Of a stretch of DNA of 64,000 bases, positions 48,794-64,000 are shown one piece after another. Position numbers and translations under genes: made by a program. Numbering within the stretch: position 1 is the first letter of the stretch; each line of letters begins with the position of its first letter. The notes below the pieces were generated by a model, which was not told the origin of the DNA, ran no database searches, and saw only the letters and a program-made list of their open reading frames with translations. The DNA lies in contig CAXXHO010000003.1 in assembly GCA_963667725.2 (NCBI GenBank), positions 2,016,001-2,080,000 on the forward strand, written 5' to 3'. This DNA comes from Treponemataceae bacterium (GTDB taxonomy: Bacteria > Spirochaetota > Spirochaetia > Treponematales > Rectinemataceae).

Positions 48794-49984
48794 TCAGACA
48801 GCAACTTCGACTACCTGTCCGGAAGCGACCGTGTGGCCGCCCTCGCGGATGGCGAACTTCAGTCCCTTTTCCATGGCGATCGGGTAGATCAGCTCTACGT
48901 TGATCGGCGTGTTGTCGCCAGGCATGACCATTTCCTTGCCTTCGGGCAGGGTCACGGTGCCGGTGATATCGGTCGTCCTGAAGTAGAACTGGGGTCTGTA
49001 ACCGGAGAAGAAGGGGCTATGGCGTCCGCCTTCAGCCTGGTTCAGTACGTAGACCTGGCCAGTGAACTTGGTGTGCGGGTGGATGGTGCCCGGCTTGGCG
49101 AGAACCTGTCCGCGCTCGACTTCTTTCTTGTCCACGCCGCGAAGCAGGGTGCCGACGTTGTCGCCAGCGCGGCCTTCGTCGAGAAGCTTGTTGAACATTT
49201 CAATGCCGGTTACGACGGTGGACTTGTTCGGTTTGATGCCGACGATGTCTACGGTGTCGTTGAGCTTGACGATTCCGCGTTCGATACGGCCGGTGACGAC
49301 GGTACCACGACCGGAAATGGAGAAGACGTCCTCAATGGGCATCAGGAAGGGCTTGTCGGTAAGGCGCACAGGGTCAGGGAAGAAGGTGTCCATGGCGTCG
49401 AGAAGTTCCTGGATGCAGCCGGTGACTTCGGGATTGTCGGGCTCGGTCATGGCCTTGAAGGCGGAACCTTTGACGATCGGGGTCGTGTCGCCGGGGAATC
49501 CGTAGAAATTGAGAAGATCGCGGACTTCTTCCTCGACCAGCTCGATCAGTTCGGGATCGTCAACGAGGTCGACCTTGTTGAGGAACACGAGGACGGAAGG
49601 AACGCCGACCTGGCGGGCGAGCAGGACGTGCTCGCGAGTCTGGGGCATTACCGAGTCCGGCGCGGAAACGACCAGGATAGCGCCGTCCATCTGCGCGGCG
49701 CCGGTGATCATGTTCTTAATGTAGTCGGCGTGTCCCGGGCAGTCGATATGCGCATAGTGGCGCTTCTGGGACTGATACTCGAGGTGTCGAGTATTGATGG
49801 TGATACCACGTGCTTTTTCCTCGGGCGCATTGTCGATATCATCGTACTTCATCACCTTGTCGCCGAATTTGTGGCCGCAGTACATGGTGATGGCTGCGCT
49901 CAGGGTCGTCTTTCCGTGGTCGATGTGTCCGATCGTACCGACGTTCATGTGCGGCTTGGTACGTTCGAATTTCTCTTTGGCCAT
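48794..49984 (-). CDS. tuf: Elongation factor Tu
   Basis: [35 protein letters not shown]. Confidence 0.99.
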   Translation of the reverse strand: MAKEKFERTKPHMNVGTIGHIDHGKTTLSAAITMYCGHKFGDKVMKYDDIDNAPEEKARGITINTRHLEYQSQKRHYAHIDCPGHADYIKNMITGAAQMDGAILVVSAPDSVMPQTREHVLLARQVGVPSVLVFLNKVDLVDDPELIELVEEEVRDLLNFYGFPGDTTPIVKGSAFKAMTEPDNPEVTGCIQELLDAMDTFFPDPVRLTDKPFLMPIEDVFSISGRGTVVTGRIERGIVKLNDTVDIVGIKPNKSTVVTGIEMFNKLLDEGRAGDNVGTLLRGVDKKEVERGQVLAKPGTIHPHTKFTGQVYVLNQAEGGRHSPFFSGYRPQFYFRTTDITGTVTLPEGKEMVMPGDNTPINVELIYPIAMEKGLKFAIREGGHTVASGQVVEVAV

Positions 49985-50112
49985 ATCTAATTCCTCCTTG
50001 GCTTCGTCACCGGCTCTTCACGCAAAAACGCGGATGCCGCATGAAGATAGTCCGCCGGCATCAAAGCCGCCGGATCCTAATGCCATGAATATTCTTTTGT
50101 TAAGGCTTTCGG

Positions 50113-50141
50113 ATTATAAAAGAACTTCCAACGGTGATCAA
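50113..50141 (-). promoter_or_regulatory. sigma70 promoter of tuf
   Basis: TTGATC-17 nt-TATAAT. Confidence 0.75.
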
Positions 50142-50185
50142 GAGGCTACCGTTGAGATTGGCGGTTTTTCCCTATTTTTTAATGG

Positions 50186-52273
50186 CTAAAAGGGTTGCCG
50201 CAGAGCTTCGTAGCTTTTAGAGCGCGCTTGGAACTGCGCCCGCCCCCTGCTCATGGACCTCAATTCGCCAGCGAAACCGAAAAGACCGCGCATTGGCGCC
50301 TGAGCCGAGATCGTTTTACGCCCTATCCCGTCCTCCACCGATTCTATTCGTCCGCCTCTGGTGGAGACGGCGTTGAGGACGGGGCCGAAGTGTTCCTCGG
50401 GGCATTCTATGTCGATTTGCATGATTGGTTCCAGTATTTCGGAGCCGGCTTCGAGCAGGGCCCGCCGCGCGGCCATGGCCGTGGCCGCCTCCACCGCGGT
50501 CTCCCCGTTTCGGCCGGTGCCGCCCGATGGCGGAGCCAGGTTGACGATGACGACGCGCACCGCTTCCATCGGCCAGCCCTGCAGCGGTCCCGCCGATATG
50601 GCCGATTCGGCCCCGCGGCGGGCAGCGGCCATGAACTGGGGCTGAAGCCTCAGTCCCGGGGCGCTGGTCACTTCGTTTTCCGTCCCGTCCCCCCCGGACC
50701 GGACGATGATTTCAACCGATACTCTTATTCTTTCGCCGCCGAAATCGTGATCGAAATCTTCCTTTACGGAGGCCTGTCTGACGAGTCTTTCCCGGCAGTT
50801 GACCCGCGGATTGCCCGTCCTTATCTTGAGGCCGAATTCGCGCCTCAGTCTTTCGGCGACGATGTCCAGGTGCAGTTCCCCCTGGCCGGAGACCTCGAAC
50901 CGGCCGGTTTCCCTCTCCTCCCTGACGCCGAGGGATAGATCCTCGACAGCCAGGGATTCCAGGGCCTGCCGGATCGCGGCGACGTCCTGGGCGCTGTTGG
51001 GTTCCATGATCTGGCTGACGACGGGTTCAGGGATTTCCAGGGGCTCGAAGAGTATCGGGAAGGTGCGTTCGCAGAGGCTGGCGCCCGGTTCCAGTCTCGC
51101 CGTCTTCAGCGCCACGACTTCCCCCGCCCCGGCCTCTTTGAGTTCGGTGAGCGATTCGGCGTGTATGCCGAATATTTTTTTTATGGTTATGTCCTTGGAC
51201 GAGCGGGCTTCGAACACTTTGCGGCCGGCATGGAGGGTGCCCGACCATATTCTCGTCCAGGCGTAGTTGTCGCCCGCGCTGTCGCGCAGCGTCTTGAATA
51301 CGAAGGCGGCGAGGTGGGTATTTTCGTCGGGCTGTATCGTCAGCGCGGCTTGGGTTCCGGGATCGGTTCCCGCTGGTACTTTCGCCTCGGCCGGCGAGGG
51401 CAGAAGGGCGATTACCGCGTCCAGGAGGAAGCTTACGGAGCAGTCGACGAAGGCGGAGCCGCAGAGGACGGGAACGATGCCGCAGGTCTTCACCGCGCGG
51501 GCAGCGGCGCGCGCGAGCAGTTCGGGCGGGACTTCCTGGTTGGAGGCGTAGAGGGCGAGGATTTCTTCGTCCCGCTCCGCGAGTTTTTCAAGGAGGAGGG
51601 CGCGCGCCGCGAGAGCTGCAGTCTTCGAAGAAGCGGAGAGGGCAGCTTGGGCGAGGGGCAGCGTATCGCTGCAGTCCGCCGTCTCGAGATTCTCCTCGCC
51701 GCTAAAGTAATGGGGTTCCATGCTGATCAGATCGACGATGCCGAGCCATGTGCGCCCCTCGAAGATCGGGCTCTGGATGGCGACGGCATCGGGCTCGAGC
51801 ATGGCGCGAAGATCCTGGACAACGCTCGAAAAGTCGGCGCCTGTCCTGTCCATTTTGTTGATGAAATAGAGGCGCGGAAGTTTTCTGTCGGCGGCGGCTT
51901 TCGCGATGACCTCGGTGCGGGCCTGCACGCCAGACACGGCGCAGAGGGCAATGACGGCGCCGTCGAGAATCCTGAGCGCCCTATCGACTTCGTTTCCGAA
52001 ATCCACATGGCCGGGAGTATCGATGAGGTGGACAGCCCTCCCCCTCCAGTCGAAGCGCACGGCTGCCGACTTTACCGTTATTCCATGAAGCCTTTCGACG
52101 GCAAGATAGTCTGTGGCCGTGGTTCCGTCATCCACGGCGCCCGCTTCCCTTCTCAAGCCCGCGAGGAAAAGCATTTTTTCCGTGATGGAGGTTTTCCCTG
52201 CGTCGACATGGGCGAGAACGCCTATGTTTCTTATGCTCTCCATGCCAGCGGCGGAAGGCGGCGAAGCGTTCAT
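50186..52273 (-). CDS. fusA: Divergent elongation factor G paralogue (EF-G2/spdEFG2-like)
   Basis: AHVDAGKT, HGITV, DTPGHVDF, NKMD, GQGELHL; degenerate domain IV; occupies the fusA slot between rpsG and tuf. Confidence 0.85.
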   Translation of the reverse strand: MNASPPSAAGMESIRNIGVLAHVDAGKTSITEKMLFLAGLRREAGAVDDGTTATDYLAVERLHGITVKSAAVRFDWRGRAVHLIDTPGHVDFGNEVDRALRILDGAVIALCAVSGVQARTEVIAKAAADRKLPRLYFINKMDRTGADFSSVVQDLRAMLEPDAVAIQSPIFEGRTWLGIVDLISMEPHYFSGEENLETADCSDTLPLAQAALSASSKTAALAARALLLEKLAERDEEILALYASNQEVPPELLARAAARAVKTCGIVPVLCGSAFVDCSVSFLLDAVIALLPSPAEAKVPAGTDPGTQAALTIQPDENTHLAAFVFKTLRDSAGDNYAWTRIWSGTLHAGRKVFEARSSKDITIKKIFGIHAESLTELKEAGAGEVVALKTARLEPGASLCERTFPILFEPLEIPEPVVSQIMEPNSAQDVAAIRQALESLAVEDLSLGVREERETGRFEVSGQGELHLDIVAERLRREFGLKIRTGNPRVNCRERLVRQASVKEDFDHDFGGERIRVSVEIIVRSGGDGTENEVTSAPGLRLQPQFMAAARRGAESAISAGPLQGWPMEAVRVVIVNLAPPSGGTGRNGETAVEAATAMAARRALLEAGSEILEPIMQIDIECPEEHFGPVLNAVSTRGGRIESVEDGIGRKTISAQAPMRGLFGFAGELRSMSRGRAQFQARSKSYEALRQPF

Positions 52274-52304
52274 GATGTTTTAGTATAGATCGAATGTACC
52301 CAAT

Positions 52305-52329
52305 AAAAAAGCCGCCCGATGGACGGCTT
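52305..52329 (-). terminator. Intrinsic terminator upstream of the EF-G paralogue
   Basis: Minus strand AAGCCGUCC-AUC-GGGCGGC-U6. Confidence 0.75.
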
Positions 52330-52350
52330 GTACTGCTTGCACGGGGCGGC

Positions 52351-52450
52351 GCCTATGGCCAACGCTCAACTGCGGCGCCTTTGGCCACGCGCGCTTGCAG
52401 CGCCTATAGCCAACGCTTGCCTATAGCCAACGCTTGCCTATAGCAACGCG
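52351..52450. repeat. 17-bp tandem repeat GCCTATAGCCAACGCTT (2 exact, 3 degenerate copies)
   Basis: Copies start at 52351, ~52377, 52402, 52419, 52436. Confidence 0.85.
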
Positions 52451-52494
52451 CGCGGTAGCGCGCGAGAGCCAATAAAGCTTTGTCACTAGATTAT

Positions 52495-52522
52495 AAAAAA
52501 GCCCCAGCGTAGCTGGGGCTTT
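52495..52522 (-). terminator. Intrinsic terminator after rpsG
   Basis: AAAGCCCCAGC-UAC-GCUGGGGC-U6. Confidence 0.88.
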
Positions 52523-52541
52523 AGTTATCAAAAAGCGAGAC

Positions 52542-53012
52542 TTACCACTTGTAGTGGGCGAAAGCTTTATTGGCTTCAGCCATCTTGTGCATGTCTTCTT
52601 TCTTCTTGATGGCGGTGCCGGTACCGTTGAAGGCATCGAGCATCTCATCGGCGAGTTTTTCAGGCATGGCCTTGCCGCTGCGGGCGCGGCTGGCGTTGAT
52701 GAGCCAGCGCATGGCCAGAGCCTCGCGCCTGGAGTCGCGAATCTCGATGGGGACCTGGTAGGTCGCACCACCGACGCGTCGGGACTTTACCTCGACGGCG
52801 GGCTTGGCATTCTCGAGCGCCTTGGTGAAAACGTCGAGCGCCGGAACGCCGGCCTTCTGCTGCATGATTTCGAGAGCGTCGTACATGATGCGCGTGCAAG
52901 TAGATTTCTTGCCCTGAATCATCATTCTGCAGACGAACTTGGTGATGCTGACGGAATTGTACTTCGTATCGGGCGCGTGGCCGCGATCGATGGATTTCTT
53001 TTTTCTGCCCAT
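52542..53012 (-). CDS. rpsG: 30S ribosomal protein S7
   Basis: EVKSRRVGGATYQVP, HKMAEANKAFAHY. Confidence 0.99.
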   Translation of the reverse strand: MGRKKKSIDRGHAPDTKYNSVSITKFVCRMMIQGKKSTCTRIMYDALEIMQQKAGVPALDVFTKALENAKPAVEVKSRRVGGATYQVPIEIRDSRREALAMRWLINASRARSGKAMPEKLADEMLDAFNGTGTAIKKKEDMHKMAEANKAFAHYKW

Positions 53013-53029
53013 TTATTTCGCCTCTTTCC

Positions 53030-53404
53030 TTACGCCTTGGGCTTTTTGGCACCGTATTTGGAACGAGCCTTCTTGCGGTCTTCGACGCCGAGCGTATCTT
53101 TGGCACCGCGGATGATGTGGTAGCGCACACCAGGAAGGTCCTTCACGCGGCCTCCCCTGACGAGCACGACGGAGTGTTCCTGAAGGTTGTGGCCTACACC
53201 CGGGATATAAGCGGTAACTTCGATACCGTTCGTTAAGCGCACGCGCGCGACTTTTCGCAAAGCCGAGTTAGGCTTCTTGGGCGTAACGGTCATGACGCGG
53301 GTGCAGACGCCGCGACGCTGTGGGCACTCATTCAGTGCCGGGGCTTTGGTCCGCCATGTGTTTGTCTTTCTGCCATTGCGGATAAGCTGGTTGATCGTCG
53401 GCAT
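53030..53404 (-). CDS. rpsL: 30S ribosomal protein S12
   Basis: [27 protein letters not shown]. Confidence 0.99.
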   Translation of the reverse strand: MPTINQLIRNGRKTNTWRTKAPALNECPQRRGVCTRVMTVTPKKPNSALRKVARVRLTNGIEVTAYIPGVGHNLQEHSVVLVRGGRVKDLPGVRYHIIRGAKDTLGVEDRKKARSKYGAKKPKA

Positions 53405-53517
53405 ATATGCTCTAGACTCCCTTATGTGGTCGCTTGCGCGTCAGCATCGCGCGGACCAGTTTCATTAATCGCGGGTTCGGAAAGCCGGAAAGTGCGGTGG
53501 CGCTTCCCAGGCGATCC

Positions 53518-53547
53518 AAGATACCCCTATAGATCAATCATTGTCAA
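53518..53547 (-). promoter_or_regulatory. sigma70 promoter of rpsL-rpsG
   Basis: TTGACA-18 nt-TATCTT. Confidence 0.65.
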
Positions 53548-53612
53548 TACCGGCACCCGATCGATTTCCGGATGCCGGATCCTAAAACCCATACGTCCCG
53601 AGGGGGACAAAT

Positions 53613-57956
<4,344 letters not shown>

Positions 57957-57971
57957 GCTTCCCCCTAAAGG

Positions 57972-61469
<3,498 letters not shown>

Positions 61470-61786
61470 CCGTTACCCCTCCTGAAGCACGCTGTCGAAG
61501 CGCGCGGGTCATTCGGTCTGCGCCGGAACGTCGCCGCGCTGACTGAACGCGCGGCACCTCGCAATGAAGCGCAGCAATACATAAGAAACTTGCGGTCATC
61601 CCGAGGCACTCGCCAAGTGTCTCCGGAAAACCGCGCTTCCTTTCCCGACGCGGCGCAGCGCGCCGCATCCGAAAAGGAAGCGCATGGTAGAAACTGTGGA
61701 CCGTCCCGAAGGCGCCTGAAAGGCGCGCACCGGGAGGCAAGCCAACAGGCCCGCCTCCCGACACGGCTTCGGAGGATCGCGATGCC

Positions 61787-62173
61787 TTATTTGACTTCGA
61801 CTGCTCCGCCGGCTTCGACGATCGCCGCCTTGACCTTTTCGGCTTCTTCCTTGGAGACGTTCTCCTTGAGAGCCTTGTCTCCGGCTTCGACGAGGTCTTT
61901 CGCCTCTTTGAGGCCGAGACCGGTGATGGCGCGAACGGCCTTGATGATGGAAATTTTCTTGTCCGCGGGAACGTTGCCCTTGAGGACGACCGTGAACTCG
62001 GTCTTTTCCTCGACGGGGGCCGCGGCCGCGGCTGCGGGGCCGGCTGCTGCGGCTACGGGGGCCGCGGCGGTGACGCCGAACTTCTCTTCCATGGCCTTGA
62101 CGAGATCGGCGATCTCGAGAACCGTCATGGAGGCTACTGCGTCGATAATCTGCTCTTTGGTAAGCGCTGCCAT
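61787..62173 (-). CDS. rplL: 50S ribosomal protein L7/L12
   Basis: MTVLE...[29 protein letters not shown]. Confidence 0.98.
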   Translation of the reverse strand: MAALTKEQIIDAVASMTVLEIADLVKAMEEKFGVTAAAPVAAAAGPAAAAAAPVEEKTEFTVVLKGNVPADKKISIIKAVRAITGLGLKEAKDLVEAGDKALKENVSKEEAEKVKAAIVEAGGAVEVK

Positions 62174-62285
62174 ATTATCTTCTCCTGGTAAAAACGCTGG
62201 ATCACCCATACGGGCAATCATAATCAAGACCGACAGGAACGGCAGCAATCCGAAGCCTGACGGTCAACAAACCTAATTAAGCACT

Positions 62286-62324
62286 GCTATGCAGAATTCA
62301 CGCTTTGTGTGAATTCTGCATAGC
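62286..62324. repeat. Perfect 16-bp inverted repeat in the rplJ-rplL spacer
   Basis: GCTATGCAGAATTCAC-7 nt-GTGAATTCTGCATAGC, no U tract. Confidence 0.85.
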
Positions 62325-62340
62325 GAAGCACAACCTTGGG

Positions 62341-62886
62341 TTATGCTTCGCTAGCTTTCTTCTCTTCGATGGCCTTGAGTACGCGCACCAGCTTGGTGGG
62401 AATCGCGTTGAGGACATAGACGAGATTCTGGGCGGGACCGTTCATCGCCGACATCAACATCGCGATGAGCTGGCCGCGGCCGGGGAGTTTCGAGAAAGCC
62501 TCGACCTGGGCGAGGTCCATGAAGCTCTTGTCCACCACGGCGCCCTTGATCTTGAGATTGGGGACTTCCTTGGCGAAACCAAGGAGAACCTTGGCGACCT
62601 CGTTGGAATCGGACTTCACGAAGGTGACGGCCGTGGGTCCGGAGAGTACCGGATCCACATCGTTGGTATATCCCAGTTCCTCGAAGGCGATTCGCGCGAA
62701 ATTGTTTTTGACGACGTGCAGCTCGGCTCCCTTCTCGCGCAGCTGGTGGCGAAGATTGGTGATCTGCTCGACCGTGAGTCCGCGGTATTCGGCGAATACG
62801 AAGTCGCTGGAACCATTGATCATGCTTTTCAGCGCGTCGATGGCTTCGGCTTTGGAGGACTGTATTTTGTTAGCTCTCATCGCCAT
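62341..62886 (-). CDS. rplJ: 50S ribosomal protein L10
   Basis: EYRGLTV, VVKNNFARIA, GPTAV, LPGR. Confidence 0.96.
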   Translation of the reverse strand: MAMRANKIQSSKAEAIDALKSMINGSSDFVFAEYRGLTVEQITNLRHQLREKGAELHVVKNNFARIAFEELGYTNDVDPVLSGPTAVTFVKSDSNEVAKVLLGFAKEVPNLKIKGAVVDKSFMDLAQVEAFSKLPGRGQLIAMLMSAMNGPAQNLVYVLNAIPTKLVRVLKAIEEKKASEA

Positions 62887-62890
62887 AGGG

Positions 62891-63577
62891 TTACCTCTTC
62901 TCGTTCTTGGCAATTACGACGCGTACGCTCGGCCCCATGGTGGAAGCCAAATATACGGAGCCCATGAAGTCGCCTTTCGCGTCGGCGGGGCGTTTCCTGT
63001 TGATCTCGTCGATGAGGACGGCAACGTTCTCAGCGATCTGGGCGGCTTCCATGGAAACCTTTCCGATGGCGAGATGGACGATGTTGGTCTTGTCGGACCT
63101 GAATTCGGTGCGTCCCTTCCTGAGTTCGGCGAGAGCGGCCTTGAGATCGTTGGTGACGGTGCCGGTCTTCGGGTTGGGCATGAGGCCCTTGCGGCCCAGG
63201 ACCATACCGAGCTTACCGACGTCCTTCATCATATCGGGGGTAGCAACGGCGACATCGAAGTCGAGCCAGCCGCCCTTGATCTTCTCGATGAGTTCGGCTT
63301 CGCCCGCATAGGCGGCTCCGTACTCCAGGGCTTCCTTGACGCGTTCAGGCTTGCAGAACACAAGGACTTTCTTCTCGCCGCGGAACTGGTTCGGAAGAAC
63401 CACCGTGTCGCGGACCGACTGACTCTTCTTGAGGTTGAGCCTGACGTGGACCTCCACGGTCTCGTCGAATTTGGCGAATTTCGCTTCCTTCACGAGAGCG
63501 CAGGCCGAGGCCAGATCGTATTCCTGGGCGGGATCCACTTTCTTAGCGGCTTCGAGATATTTTTTTCCGTGCTTCAT
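62891..63577 (-). CDS. rplA: 50S ribosomal protein L1
   Basis: [25 protein letters not shown]. Confidence 0.98.
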   Translation of the reverse strand: MKHGKKYLEAAKKVDPAQEYDLASACALVKEAKFAKFDETVEVHVRLNLKKSQSVRDTVVLPNQFRGEKKVLVFCKPERVKEALEYGAAYAGEAELIEKIKGGWLDFDVAVATPDMMKDVGKLGMVLGRKGLMPNPKTGTVTNDLKAALAELRKGRTEFRSDKTNIVHLAIGKVSMEAAQIAENVAVLIDEINRKRPADAKGDFMGSVYLASTMGPSVRVVIAKNEKR

Positions 63578-64000
63578 TTCTTCAGCTCCGTCTCTACGCC
63601 CATGGAACGGGCGGTTCCAGCGATGATGCGCATGGCGGCATGAATGTCGTTGGCGTTAAGGTCAGGCATTTTCTGCTTCGCGATCCCCTCGAGCTTGTCG
63701 AGCGTAAGCTTGGCGACCTTGTCTTTCTGAGGAATCGCTGAACCTTTTTCGATGCCGCAGGCTTTCTTGATGAGCACGCTTGCCGGAGGAGTCTTCAGGA
63801 TGAAAGTGAAGGACTTGTCCTGGTAGACAGTGATGATCGCCGGAATCACGAGGCCGGGCTCCATGCTCTTGGTGCGCTCGTTGAACTGCTGGCAGAACAT
63901 GGGCGCCGAAACGCCATGAGGGCCGAGAGCAGGACCAACGGGCGGCGCCGGAGTCGCCTTGCCGGCGGGGCACTGCAACTTTACGATCGCAGTAATCTTC
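63574..64000 (-). CDS. rplK: 50S ribosomal protein L11 (start just beyond the window)
   Basis: [41 protein letters not shown]. Confidence 0.98.
   Translation of the reverse strand, partial: KITAIVKLQCPAGKATPAPPVGPALGPHGVSAPMFCQQFNERTKSMEPGLVIPAIITVYQDKSFTFILKTPPASVLIKKACGIEKGSAIPQKDKVAKLTLDKLEGIAKQKMPDLNANDIHAAMRIIAGTARSMGVETELKK

Noticed and set aside
49985..50185. Possible tRNA genes upstream of tuf
   Set aside because: No cloverleaf, T-loop (GTTCRA) or CCA end visible; the region is promoter plus leader
52351..52450. Repeat array as a mini-CRISPR
   Set aside because: Units are 17 bp, mostly directly adjacent with no unique ~30-bp spacers, and there are no cas genes in the window
61470..61786. 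Highly structured 317-nt rplL-rpoB spacer and the 132-aa ORF across it
   Set aside because: A long structured spacer here is common (attenuation or processing), and the ORF has no RBS or protein-like features

Overview
GC-rich bacterial chromosome segment, most likely from a free-living anaerobic spirochete (Spirochaetales). The basis is the RpoB Asn at the E. coli S531 position, the divergent EF-G in the str cluster, the CPA2-EIIA fusion and the absence of adk/map/infA after secY. The left ~34.5 kb is metabolic/accessory: nfnAB, a nucleotidyltransferase plus a left-handed beta-helix acyltransferase, PFOR, mazG, MATE, an MFS-HEAT fusion, yggT-yhbY, an RluA-family enzyme, a CPA2-PTS EIIA fusion, hutH, a PPi-type PEPCK, hutI, two DMT transporters, a liv-type ABC operon and a flavinylated lipoprotein reductase that looks like urocanate reductase. 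The right ~29.5 kb is the minus-strand rplK-rplA-rplJ-rplL-rpoBC-str-S10-spc-alpha supercluster. The most interesting items are: (1) an uncalled 56-aa basic CxxC-x20-CxxC protein as last gene of the ribosomal operon, a candidate lineage-specific ribosomal protein; (2) a possible histidine -> urocanate -> imidazole propionate periplasmic electron-sink module; (3) a repeat-containing, terminator-bounded element after rpsG with a perfect 15-nt antisense match to the rpsG 3' end; (4) recurrent leaderless-mRNA promoter geometry. I saw no rRNA, tRNA, CRISPR array or mobile element. All assignments are by eye from motifs; no database search was run.
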